Shown here: positions 9,097 to 18,508 of the stretch, piece after piece | How the letters are laid out: every line of letters starts with the position of its first letter | How positions within the stretch are numbered: the stretch's first letter is position 1 | IMG/VR virus record: IMGVR_UViG_3300030107_003216 | Location: 1 to 64,000 of that record | Reading direction: 5' to 3' (one strand) | DNA from: an uncultured virus (IMG/VR IMGVR_UViG_3300030107_003216) | Taxonomy: Duplodnaviria > Heunggongvirae > Uroviricota > Caudoviricetes | DNA length: 64,000 bases | The notes under the pieces: model-generated | The model's input: only the letters and a program-made list of their open reading frames with translations | Told to the model about the DNA's origin: nothing | Databases searched by the model: none | Translations under genes and position numbers: made by a program

Positions 9097-11184
9097 ATGT
9101 TTTTTGAATTGTCTAAAGATAAATCTTTACTTTATGTTCTAAGTAAAGTTGAATTGGATGATGAAACAAGAGAGTTAGTTACTGCTAAGGCAAGTGCCGG
9201 AGAAATCAAGAAGTCTTTGATTAAAAACATTAATCCTTCTAATATGTTTCAATATAGAAAGTATATTGATATTGCTAAAAAAGAAGAAGATTATGGTGAA
9301 TTAGAGGGAGATGTTCGCTATCGTGGTGCGGCTACTTCAAGGCAAGCACAAGTTGATGCAGGTAAAGGGAGAGGAAATATTTCAGAAGCCGAACAACGAA
9401 GATTAATGGCCGAAGGTTCAGCAGAAGCAATTTCAGCAGAAGCAAGGCAAAAAACCGGAGAAGCAAATAGGCAGAATTCACTTCAGAGAGAAATTCTAAC
9501 CTATGAAGAATTAATTCCTAAATTAAGAGAAATGATTAGGACTATTGAAATATCTGATGTTCTTTCAGACCAAAAACTAATTTCTGGCCAAAGTCCATAT
9601 AAAAATGTGACTAAAACTAAATCTGAAAGACTCATAACTACTTTGGTCGCTCTAAAGAAAGAAGGTAATTATCTGATTAAAAGAGCAAGTGAATTTACTG
9701 AAGGCGGAGATTTTCCTATTTATTCTGGTAAAATGTATAAAAAGAAAAAGAATCAATATACAAAGAAAAAAAGCAAAAGAGAAATAAACATTCACGATAT
9801 GAACAATACTCTGTTAGAATTATCTAAGGCTAAATTAGATAACCATGATGTTGATTTATTGACAACGCTTGGTGAAATTCATTTAGAGAAGTTTAATGCT
9901 GAAGCAAAGGCATTACAAAATATTCCGAGCGTAAGAAGAGATTTGAGTACCTTGCGACAAAGACTCAAAGATAGAGATACTAAAGGCCATGTTGAAACAT
10001 ACAAAAGAGCGAGAACAAATCTTCGCCAAACAATTAAAGGTGCTAAAAAATACTTAGAATCTTTAGAAAATAATTTAGAAGAAATTAAACAATATAGTAA
10101 AAATTTGGAAGAATTACCAGAAGAAACTATTCGTCAAGAAATAGAAGATAGAATTGCTAATGAAGTAAAAGAGATTAAAGTTAAACTATCTAATCTTGTT
10201 GTGAGAGAAACAGAAGAAGGCAGAAAAATAATTGTTCCTAAAAGAAAAGTAACTGCTCGTAAAGATAAACAAGGAAAAAGAATATTTGAAGAAGGAACAG
10301 AAAGACCATCTCCTGACCCAAGAGTAAAAGAAACTTCTTTAGATATTGCCGACCTTGGAGAAATTGAAGATGTTCCAGAATATTTTACAGAATTACTTGA
10401 CAGAATACAAGAAATGAGAAACAATTTACCTAAAGAAATAAAAGAAGAAATAGGTAAAGTATCAGATAGATTAGAAGAAAATAACAAAAAAATAGATGGG
10501 CTATTATCTAAATTCAATGTTAAATTTTTGAGAGATTTAAGCGACATAGTTGAAAAAACGGATGCTCTTATTGATAAAACGGATGAAGTAAAATTACCAT
10601 CTAAGAGTTTATCATCGTCTTTGACAGAATCGAGCAGAATGCTAAGTAATCTTGTTGATTCAATTAAAAAACTATTTAGAGAAATAGAAGATATGGGAGA
10701 AGAAGCCAAAAAAGAATGGAAAGATTGGCTTAAACAAGGTCAATCAAAAAAGCCTTCTGCTCATTCTTCTGATATGGTAGGAGTTGATATGAAAGGAATA
10801 AAAGACCTTTTGGTTATTGTACCAGACATGGCAACAAAACAATTAGAAGATTTAGGATTGAAAGAATCTGATATTAAGCAAGCCAATATTCTTGTTGGGG
10901 AAATTACAGGTTTAATTCCTGCAATTAATGATGCTATTAAAAGAACAGAAGATTCTATACCAAGTGCAGAAGTTGATACTACGGTAACTCCTGAACAGAG
11001 AAAAAAAGATTTCGAGGAAACAAGAGAATATACCACTCGACCCGAAGTTGGCAGAAGAGAATATGATTATAGTGAGGCCGGAGAATCTTGGTTGGAAGGA
11101 GAAAGTGAAGAAGATAGACAAAGATATTTACAAAGCCAACAAAGAGCAAAAGACAGAAAAAAAGCAAAGGAGGAAGAAGAATGA
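9097..11184 (+). CDS. Large charged coiled-coil protein, possible internal head protein
   Basis: 695-aa E/K-rich ORF in the head module; GAGGTGA RBS; function inferred from position only. Confidence 0.55.
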   Translation: MFFELSKDKSLLYVLSKVELDDETRELVTAKASAGEIKKSLIKNINPSNMFQYRKYIDIAKKEEDYGELEGDVRYRGAATSRQAQVDAGKGRGNISEAEQRRLMAEGSAEAISAEARQKTGEANRQNSLQREILTYEELIPKLREMIRTIEISDVLSDQKLISGQSPYKNVTKTKSERLITTLVALKKEGNYLIKRASEFTEGGDFPIYSGKMYKKKKNQYTKKKSKREINIHDMNNTLLELSKAKLDNHDVDLLTTLGEIHLEKFNAEAKALQNIPSVRRDLSTLRQRLKDRDTKGHVETYKRARTNLRQTIKGAKKYLESLENNLEEIKQYSKNLEELPEETIRQEIEDRIANEVKEIKVKLSNLVVRETEEGRKIIVPKRKVTARKDKQGKRIFEEGTERPSPDPRVKETSLDIADLGEIEDVPEYFTELLDRIQEMRNNLPKEIKEEIGKVSDRLEENNKKIDGLLSKFNVKFLRDLSDIVEKTDALIDKTDEVKLPSKSLSSSLTESSRMLSNLVDSIKKLFREIEDMGEEAKKEWKDWLKQGQSKKPSAHSSDMVGVDMKGIKDLLVIVPDMATKQLEDLGLKESDIKQANILVGEITGLIPAINDAIKRTEDSIPSAEVDTTVTPEQRKKDFEETREYTTRPEVGRREYDYSEAGESWLEGESEEDRQRYLQSQQRAKDRKKAKEEEE

Positions 11185-11543
11185 CAACATGGGATTATTA
11201 CGGAGAAGGAGAAGAATTTATTCTAAAAGAGAAAAAAGATTCTCCTAAAGATATTCTTGATTCTTTAGATGCTAAACAAAAAAAGAGAATCAAAAAGACA
11301 ATTCAAGCGGCTTCTCCAACAGAATTTTTTGGACAGGATTTTACCAAGTTAGGTGAATTAATTGATACTCTCAAAGAATTAGATTTAACTAAATCAGATA
11401 AAAAACTGAATAAGAAAATGAAATCTATGGATGAGCGCAATATTGATATTGTAGCCACCGCTACAAAACTTCGCAAGGAATATGAATTGCTATATCGCCA
11501 ATTGTATGATTTAGTATATGGCAAAAAGAAAAAGGAGGACTAA
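11181..11543 (+). CDS. Hypothetical helical protein of the head module
   Basis: ORF track; coupled to upstream gene. Confidence 0.7.
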   Translation: MTTWDYYGEGEEFILKEKKDSPKDILDSLDAKQKKRIKKTIQAASPTEFFGQDFTKLGELIDTLKELDLTKSDKKLNKKMKSMDERNIDIVATATKLRKEYELLYRQLYDLVYGKKKKED

Positions 11544-11545
11544 TT

Positions 11546-11785
11546 ATGTGGAGAGATTTGATTAAAGTTGATGAAGATAGTAAAGATGAAAGATACAAAA
11601 GATTCAAACAAGCCCAACGAAATTGGAGAATGGGTGATAAAAGAAGAGGTGCTACTCGAAAACCCGACCAGCCAAAATATAGGTGTGCTATGTGCGGAGT
11701 AGCATTAAGTAAATATAATAAAGAACACCAAAAAAATAAGATAAATTATTGTAAAACTTGTAAAAAAGTGAGAGAAAAGAGATGA
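11546..11785 (+). CDS. Basic zinc-finger protein starting MWRDLIK (W-motif cassette)
   Basis: CAMC...CKTC; GGAGG RBS. Confidence 0.7.
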   Translation: MWRDLIKVDEDSKDERYKRFKQAQRNWRMGDKRRGATRKPDQPKYRCAMCGVALSKYNKEHQKNKINYCKTCKKVREKR

Positions 11786-11789
11786 TATT

Positions 11790-12038
11790 ATGACAGAAGA
11801 AAAAACAATTAATGAAGAATTATTGCAGATAATTAAAGCCTTAACTTCAAAAGTCGAGGCATTGGAAAAAACAATTTATGCAAAAGATAGCATTCTTATG
11901 AAAGCCGGTTTCGTTGTAACGGATAGCCCAACACCTGCTATGGATAATTCTATTGGTACTCCAACAGGAATGCCAAAGGATATTTCAACAATGGATTGGT
12001 CGGAAATACATAAGATGGTTGAAAATGTTGAGGGATAA
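11790..12038 (+). CDS. Mini scaffold-like protein resembling the C-terminus of the prohead protease/scaffold
   Basis: Coiled coil followed by ILMKA...PTP...ISTMDWSEIHKMV, versus ILKA...LPT...IADMDWNDIHKMV in the protease. Confidence 0.6.
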   Translation: MTEEKTINEELLQIIKALTSKVEALEKTIYAKDSILMKAGFVVTDSPTPAMDNSIGTPTGMPKDISTMDWSEIHKMVENVEG

Positions 12039-12040
12039 AT

Positions 12041-12277
12041 ATGCCAGAAAGAGTAACTAAAGAAGAAAGAGTAGTTAGCCTTGCTATTGAAAAAGCGAGA
12101 GCCGCAAAAGAAGAATTGTCACTTTCATTAAATGACAATAACAGAAGTCCAGAAAAAGCGGATTCTGAAGTTGTTAAAGTAAAGCGACCTAAAGCGGAGA
12201 ACGCTAAAAACCTAATACCTAAGAACCAAGATAAAGAAGGTTATGGATTAGGCGGGCAAATGGTTGATTACGATTAG
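12041..12277 (+). CDS. Small hypothetical protein
   Basis: ORF track; tightly packed in operon. Confidence 0.65.
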   Translation: MPERVTKEERVVSLAIEKARAAKEELSLSLNDNNRSPEKADSEVVKVKRPKAENAKNLIPKNQDKEGYGLGGQMVDYD

Positions 12278-12288
12278 AAGTGATATAG

Positions 12289-14802
12289 ATGAAATTAGGT
12301 TCTATCGAAAAAGATAGACAACCTTCTATCGAAATTATTCGTTTGTTTGAAAAAACAAGGGTTGCCTATCTATCAGCAAGGCACGACCCCAAAGAATATG
12401 GGAGTCGCTGGCGTAAAGCAGTTGAATTGATAGAAGAATCTTATGAAGAATTAGATGCAGCAGGTAAAGAATTAAAGAATTTTATTGATGCTGAGGATTT
12501 TGATGATAAAGAAATTAATAATGTTGAATCAAATCAAGCAAAGGAATTATATGAAAAAATTAAGTTAGTTAGATATAATTCTGATTTAGTTGCTGACCCT
12601 TTCGCTAAAAGATTCAAAGGTAGTGTTCTTGAGGAATTAATGAATAATCCCGAATCTATGGTTAAATTCGTGCATTATGCGTTAAGGAACAACACTAAAG
12701 CATTAACTCCTTCAGCATATGCAATAAAAGACATGGAACCCGACGATTTAACGGAGGGTTTAGAGGGTCTTGACCTACAATCTGACGACATAGCCCTGTA
12801 TATTATTGAGCATTATGGGGATGGAAAAGACTCAAAGAAGGTCGAAAAGAAGGTAAAAGCGGCCATGGATATGTTGCAGTTAATCTTTTTCTCTCAACAT
12901 GAAGAAGAAGAATGGGAGGAATTGAAGGACATCGAGATGAAGAAGTCTGAAAAGAAGTCCGAAGATGAGAAGTCTATTAGTGATTTCATTATTCCCAATA
13001 AACCAATGTATCGCATATTTGAGATTGACGACCTAAAAGAATTAAAAGGCTTTAGTGGCCAATGGTATGTTCAAGAAAAATATGATGGTATGCGTGTGCA
13101 ATTGCACAAGTTAGATAACTCAATAAAGGTGTATTCGTATAATAAGAAAAACATTACTGATAAGTGTAAAGACATTGTTAGTGAATTGAGAAAGAAACAT
13201 TTCGGTGACTGTATTTTAGATGCTGAATTGATTTTATTTTCCGGTGATGATGCACTGCATCGAGCAGATACTATTGCTCATGTATTCAAAGATAAATACA
13301 AAGATGCTAAACTAAGATGTCATGTTTTTGATATTATGCGACATGATGAGCAGACTTTATTAGATGAAGAATTAGAAAATAGAATGGGTATTATGTTCAA
13401 CAATTATTCTGCTCATTCTTCTGAACATTTAGTTTTCCCATCAAAAAAAGATACTCGAATGGCAGACAGTCTAAAAGATATTGACGAGTATGCTAAGAAA
13501 ATAATGGACATGCCGACTGCTGAAGGAGTTGTAATTAAAGACGCTACTTCAACATATTATTTAGGTGCGAGAAAGAATCCTAAATGGGTTAAGTGGAAAA
13601 AGTTTGTTGATATAGATGTTATTGTATTAGATAAAACAAAGACTAAGAGTAATATGAATTCTTATGTTCTTGGTGTTGATATTGGTACTGAAGATATGGA
13701 TAATAAATTCATTAAAGAAATAGACGGTAAAAAATACATGAATGTTGGTAAAGCATTGAATACTAAAATCTCTGCCAATGTCGGTGATATTGTTCGTGTT
13801 AAAGTGGATGAAGTAAAAAAGACAGGCGACAGATATACTTTGTATTCTGCTAAAGTAATAGAGATTCCCGAAGTTGAAATGCCAGACAAATTAGTAACTT
13901 TGGAATTTTTATCTCAAGATACTAAAAAGTCATTAAACTATAATGTGGATGCTTTGAAAAAAGGAGTACAGATTACAGACCATATACATGGAGAAGCCAA
14001 CCTATTGATTAAGTTTGATACAGAAGGATTGGTATTCTATTCTTTTGAAGAAAATAATCTTATGGCGAAGAATGCTCTTTTAGATATTGATGTTTGGAAA
14101 ACACAAGTTGAAGAGATTATGAAAACTAAACAGGCTAATTTAACATTAACCATATTTAGATATTTGAAAGACAATGGGCCTAAGCCTGTAAATGAATTGC
14201 ATAATTACTTAATGAAAGAGGCATCAGATTTATACAAAGACATCTTAGAGGGTAAAGCACAGAAATTAAAAGAATGGGCGAATCTAAGAGATGGTATTAC
14301 TTTTGTAAATAATAAACTTCAAGCAGATGAAGATAAGATACTTCAAGAAACTGAAGAAATTAAAAAAGAATATAAAACTCCTAAAGAAAAAAGAAGTGGC
14401 CCATTCAAAATATATGCAAGACAAGACGACAATGTTACTCTATCAATTAAATTAGATGATGAAACAATTAATTGGACTATTGATTTAGAGAACGAAAAAG
14501 AGTTGTTTGATTTATTTGGTGCGGCTGGAAAGTACCCTGCTGAAGTGTCCTCTAACATAGAAAAGGAAAAAGTCATTGATAGCGGTACTGTTGAATTAGG
14601 TGTCCAAAGACATGGGTATCACGAATATATGTTGGATGGAAATAAATTCCAAACTAAGTTGCATGTTAGATACTTGCCTGTTAAGGGAGAAAAGATGTGG
14701 CTTGCATGGACAGGGTATGAACAAAAACCAGCAGACCCCAATACAGATGAGGGCATATGGAATATTTACGAAGATAAGTATTCTAAAGTGAAAATACCGT
14801 GA
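12289..14802 (+). CDS. lig: ATP-dependent DNA ligase with N- and C-terminal extensions, located in the head module
   Basis: Motif I EKYDGMR, III LDAEL, IIIa VFDI, IV EGVVIK, V WVKWK, followed by an OB fold. Confidence 0.88.
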   Translation: MKLGSIEKDRQPSIEIIRLFEKTRVAYLSARHDPKEYGSRWRKAVELIEESYEELDAAGKELKNFIDAEDFDDKEINNVESNQAKELYEKIKLVRYNSDLVADPFAKRFKGSVLEELMNNPESMVKFVHYALRNNTKALTPSAYAIKDMEPDDLTEGLEGLDLQSDDIALYIIEHYGDGKDSKKVEKKVKAAMDMLQLIFFSQHEEEEWEELKDIEMKKSEKKSEDEKSISDFIIPNKPMYRIFEIDDLKELKGFSGQWYVQEKYDGMRVQLHKLDNSIKVYSYNKKNITDKCKDIVSELRKKHFGDCILDAELILFSGDDALHRADTIAHVFKDKYKDAKLRCHVFDIMRHDEQTLLDEELENRMGIMFNNYSAHSSEHLVFPSKKDTRMADSLKDIDEYAKKIMDMPTAEGVVIKDATSTYYLGARKNPKWVKWKKFVDIDVIVLDKTKTKSNMNSYVLGVDIGTEDMDNKFIKEIDGKKYMNVGKALNTKISANVGDIVRVKVDEVKKTGDRYTLYSAKVIEIPEVEMPDKLVTLEFLSQDTKKSLNYNVDALKKGVQITDHIHGEANLLIKFDTEGLVFYSFEENNLMAKNALLDIDVWKTQVEEIMKTKQANLTLTIFRYLKDNGPKPVNELHNYLMKEASDLYKDILEGKAQKLKEWANLRDGITFVNNKLQADEDKILQETEEIKKEYKTPKEKRSGPFKIYARQDDNVTLSIKLDDETINWTIDLENEKELFDLFGAAGKYPAEVSSNIEKEKVIDSGTVELGVQRHGYHEYMLDGNKFQTKLHVRYLPVKGEKMWLAWTGYEQKPADPNTDEGIWNIYEDKYSKVKIP

Positions 14803-14804
14803 GT

Positions 14805-14812
14805 TTTATATA
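14805..14812 (+). promoter_or_regulatory. Candidate archaeal TATA box (TTTATATA) for the protease-capsid operon
   Basis: Sits in one of the few intergenic gaps, about 30 nt upstream of ATG 14842. Confidence 0.45.
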
Positions 14813-14832
14813 CTGAACGCAAATGATAGGGG

Positions 14833-16074
14833 TTGAGAAGAATGGTATCGGCAGTAATGGCTACTCGTTCTAATGATTTCAGAATACTCAAAAGCGACGA
14901 TTTAATGATTGGAGGATATGCAAGCATCGAAATCGTTGATAAGCAAAATGACTTAATCACCCTCAAAGCACTACAAGAAGCAGTAAATGGCTATATGGAG
15001 AACCCAAAATTTAGAAATGTAATGACAAATCATTCAAATGTTCAAGTAGGAGAAGTAGTAAAATCATATCGAGATAAGAATGGAAAACTATGGAAAACAG
15101 AAGTTGATGATGTTGGATTCTTTGTAGTAATTAAATTAAGAGATGATATAGAAAAAGCCAAGGAAATTAATAGAGGCATTAGAAAAGGTTCATTGAGGTC
15201 ATTTAGTATTGGAGGACAAGCAATTCATAAGGTGAAGAAAAAGCATCCAGAATTAGGTGAATATAACGAAATCAGTAAATTGGAATTACATGAAGTAACA
15301 ATCTGTGAAAAAGGAATTAACCCCGAAGCAAAATTTGATATTCTAAAACAAGAAAAAGAGGCGAAAAACATGAGTAAATTGGAAAAAGCATTGGCAGAAT
15401 TAGACACTCTAATGGAGGAAGTTAATATGCTACGAAAAGAAGAAGAAGAAATAGATAAGGACATGCCGGAGGAAAAAGAAGCGGCTATGCCAGAAATGAA
15501 AGAAGCAGGTCATGGCGCAGGTCACGATGACAAAGAATTGACAGATACAGAAATGGCTGAATATATGGATGAAACAGGAGAGTTTGATGATAGAAAGAAT
15601 GCGGCAGTGCTTTCAACTCTTGATGGCGCAGGTGTCGAAATTGGCGAGCCAGCAAACCGTATAGTAATTAGCGGTGGCAAACCAACTGCAACTGATATGC
15701 CGGTAGTTAAGGCATTTGATAACAGAGAATTGGAAACACTTGATTTGTCAGTTTCTAACATTGAGAAAGCATATGAGGCTTTCCGCCAAGAGCAATTGGA
15801 AAAGATTGCATACGATAATCTTCAAAAGAGATTTGAAGCAAGATTCGAGTCTGAAAAGAACACAAAAGAATCTATTCTTGCTAAGTCGCAATATGATGCG
15901 GCTTCAGAAATTGCATCCCTAAAGGATGAATTTACACAACTACGAAAGTCTTTGACTGCTGAAAAGGAAACAATCCTAAAGGCACAAGAAGAATCTTCAG
16001 TCACACTACCAACATTGGATGAAATTGCAGATATGGATTGGAATGACATTCACAAGATGGTTGGGGGAATTTAA
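14833..16074 (+). CDS. HK97-family prohead protease fused to a C-terminal scaffold region
   Basis: IGGYASIEIVDKQND, NH, RSFSIGG, LHEVTICEKGINPEA; acidic coiled-coil C-half; immediately upstream of MCP. The start may be ATG 14842. Confidence 0.9.
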   Translation: MRRMVSAVMATRSNDFRILKSDDLMIGGYASIEIVDKQNDLITLKALQEAVNGYMENPKFRNVMTNHSNVQVGEVVKSYRDKNGKLWKTEVDDVGFFVVIKLRDDIEKAKEINRGIRKGSLRSFSIGGQAIHKVKKKHPELGEYNEISKLELHEVTICEKGINPEAKFDILKQEKEAKNMSKLEKALAELDTLMEEVNMLRKEEEEIDKDMPEEKEAAMPEMKEAGHGAGHDDKELTDTEMAEYMDETGEFDDRKNAAVLSTLDGAGVEIGEPANRIVISGGKPTATDMPVVKAFDNRELETLDLSVSNIEKAYEAFRQEQLEKIAYDNLQKRFEARFESEKNTKESILAKSQYDAASEIASLKDEFTQLRKSLTAEKETILKAQEESSVTLPTLDEIADMDWNDIHKMVGGI

Positions 16075-16075
16075 G

Positions 16076-17428
16076 ATGAGTTATATTAACACAATAGCAG
16101 ATTTGGAAGCACAAACATACGGAACAGGCGCAAGAGGCGGATTCAACAACCAATTGTTGAAGCAAGTCGGTGCAGTGGCAGGTATTCATACAGGCCATGA
16201 TGTATCTTTAGGAGTCGGTAGTGGTACTACTGCGGCTTCTTCTCTTGGTGCATTGTATAACCAAGTTTATGGACAAAAAGTTTGGTCTATGCTAAACCGT
16301 GAATGTAATGCTCTTTCAGTAATTGCAAAGCGACCATACACTTCAAGTGGATGGAGAGTCCTAAGTGAGCGACCTGCTGGTGGTAGCGGTAATTTCTTGG
16401 CAATTGATGTTGAGGGTTCAAAAGATGCGGCTAATCTTGGTTCAACAACTCCAAGAGCAGATTTGATTGGTGGTGTTCCTGAAAATGCTGGATTAGATAC
16501 TGTTGCTGATGGATTGGCTTCAATTGCACCAAAATACGAGCAATTGTTCACCAGCCCAAAAATTGTTGCACATCAATTTGAATTCAGTGAATTGGCTATG
16601 GAAATGGCACAAATTGACGATGGAATTGGCGATATTAGAGCGCAAATGCGTGAAGATATGGGTAAGCATCACGCTGAAGTACAGAATCTAATGCTTGTAA
16701 TGCCATTGGAATTCTATAATGCTGATACAAATGTATCGAGTTCTGCAACAGTTGATACAATAGAGAGAAACTATACTTCTCTAAACAAGGTTGTTTCTTC
16801 TAAAGAAGAATTAGATGCTATGGCTACTGCAAACCTTCTAACAAGTGCTACTGCTAACGAAGTCAACAATCTATACGGAAAGGACCGTACAAGTGCTTCT
16901 TATCTTGATGCACAAGTTACATTCGGTGATTCATATGCAAGTGCAGATGCTCGCCAATTGACACTAACTGTTCTAAACGAAATGATTAGACTACTTCGTG
17001 TTGCTGGTGGTTCACCAAAGGTTATTCTAACAGGATATGACACACTACAAACTATCTCTGATTTGCTACAAGCACAAGAGAGATTCATGGATAGAAAGGA
17101 AATTGTTCCAACTGTAAATGGTGTTCGTGGTGTTAAAGGTCAAGAAGTCGGATTCCGTGTATCAACATACTACGACATTCCTATGATTCCTGTTGCGGCT
17201 ATGGCTTCAACCGGAGTTAATTCGGCTTGTATTAGTGATATGCTATTCCTTGATACAGACCATCTATGGATGAGCGTTATGAAACCAACTCAATACTTTG
17301 AGGATGGTATTAGCAACGGAAACCCATTCGGTGTCGGTACTCTTGGAAACAAGGCTCTTTACCGTACAATTGCTGAAGTCGGCTGTTCATACTTCAAAGG
17401 ACAAGGTAAAATTACCAACCTTCTGTGA
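16076..17428 (+). CDS. Major capsid protein (HK97 fold)
   Basis: Follows the protease; 450 aa from ATG 16076 (track start 16019 overlaps the protease); biased high-expression codon usage; ends QGKITNL. Confidence 0.88.
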   Translation: MSYINTIADLEAQTYGTGARGGFNNQLLKQVGAVAGIHTGHDVSLGVGSGTTAASSLGALYNQVYGQKVWSMLNRECNALSVIAKRPYTSSGWRVLSERPAGGSGNFLAIDVEGSKDAANLGSTTPRADLIGGVPENAGLDTVADGLASIAPKYEQLFTSPKIVAHQFEFSELAMEMAQIDDGIGDIRAQMREDMGKHHAEVQNLMLVMPLEFYNADTNVSSSATVDTIERNYTSLNKVVSSKEELDAMATANLLTSATANEVNNLYGKDRTSASYLDAQVTFGDSYASADARQLTLTVLNEMIRLLRVAGGSPKVILTGYDTLQTISDLLQAQERFMDRKEIVPTVNGVRGVKGQEVGFRVSTYYDIPMIPVAAMASTGVNSACISDMLFLDTDHLWMSVMKPTQYFEDGISNGNPFGVGTLGNKALYRTIAEVGCSYFKGQGKITNLL

Positions 17429-17438
17429 GGTGTTTTAA

Positions 17439-17804
17439 TTGGCACATACAGTAACATTGATTGCCGACCACAAGGGCTTTACTAAGCCCAAAGTGGTTGG
17501 TGACGAATATGTGGTTGATGCTTTTATTGACATCACTTCATACACTGCTAATGGTGAAGAAATCCTTGCGAGCAAGTTTGGACTAAGCACTATTACTTGT
17601 GTTTGTGTAACAGGACTTTCCACTGATACAATTAGTGGCGGATATGCAGTTTCTATGATTGTAGCAGAAATTCTATCCGGTGCGGCTAATGGTGGAAAAT
17701 ACATCAACACTGATACCCAAGATAGATTCCAACTACAATGCCCTGCGGCTTCTAACACTGATAACCTTGGTGAAATTAGAGTTAGAGTTTGGGGCCACAT
17801 TTGA
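17439..17804 (+). CDS. Probable capsid-associated/decoration protein
   Basis: Directly after MCP; beta-rich with YTANGE...FGL; GAGGTG RBS. Confidence 0.55.
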   Translation: MAHTVTLIADHKGFTKPKVVGDEYVVDAFIDITSYTANGEEILASKFGLSTITCVCVTGLSTDTISGGYAVSMIVAEILSGAANGGKYINTDTQDRFQLQCPAASNTDNLGEIRVRVWGHI

Positions 17805-17814
17805 GGCGGTTTAA

Positions 17815-18144
17815 TTGGTAAAAGTAAAACTGAGTAGTCAATCTCCGTTTTCTTTGAATGTAATGGGTTTGGGGCTAAGTAAAGCCAGCCCCGAACCTGT
17901 TGCATTTCCATCTTTAATTGGGGCTTTGGTTCGACACAGTGACGCAAATTTAGAATTTATCTTTGAGGAATCTGATAGAGAAGGTCTAATGCAAATTGGA
18001 CTTGATAGATTTGAAATCATATCAAGAGAATTAGGTAAAACTATTACTACCCATGAGCAATTGTGTGACTTGCTTCTTCCTAAAAAGAAGAAAACCAAGC
18101 CAAAGAAAGTTTCAGCACCAAAACCTGTTGCTGAATCGGAATGA
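17815..18144 (+). CDS. Hypothetical protein with Lys/Pro-rich tail
   Basis: ORF track; GAGGCGG RBS. Confidence 0.6.
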   Translation: MVKVKLSSQSPFSLNVMGLGLSKASPEPVAFPSLIGALVRHSDANLEFIFEESDREGLMQIGLDRFEIISRELGKTITTHEQLCDLLLPKKKKTKPKKVSAPKPVAESE

Positions 18145-18198
18145 TTTACACAAGTGTTAAGAGGGAGTTATCCCCAAACAAAAATCGAGGGAACCAAT

Positions 18199-18507
18199 AT
18201 GTCGTCAGTATGTCGAAGTAGTGGAATAAAAACAGCAAGTGAAGCCGTTTCCGGTGAAAGAAGCAGATTAGTTTCTATTCATTGTCAAAGAACAGGTGGA
18301 GGTGCGGCTACAACAGTTAGATTATTTGATAATGCTTCAGCCGCTTCAGGTAAAGAATTAATTAGACTTATTCTTGACCCCGGCGACCCTGCATCTCCAC
18401 CTATTATTGAGATGGATTTACATGGTGTTATTTGCTCTAATGGAATATATTTGGATATATCCACAGGTGCAGGTACAGGTGCGGCAGTAGCGGTTCACTT
18501 CTCTTGA
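18199..18507 (+). CDS. Small beta-rich putative virion structural protein
   Basis: VRLFDN...NGIYLDI pattern; ATG 18199 follows GAGGG and is in frame with the track ORF. Confidence 0.55.
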   Translation: MSSVCRSSGIKTASEAVSGERSRLVSIHCQRTGGGAATTVRLFDNASAASGKELIRLILDPGDPASPPIIEMDLHGVICSNGIYLDISTGAGTGAAVAVHFS

Positions 18508-18508
18508 G

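Noticed and set aside
8158..16075. ORF-track starts at 8158 and 16019 (also 57979)
   Set aside because: They overlap upstream genes; downstream ATGs at 8209, 16076 and 57922 fit coupling and RBS positions better.
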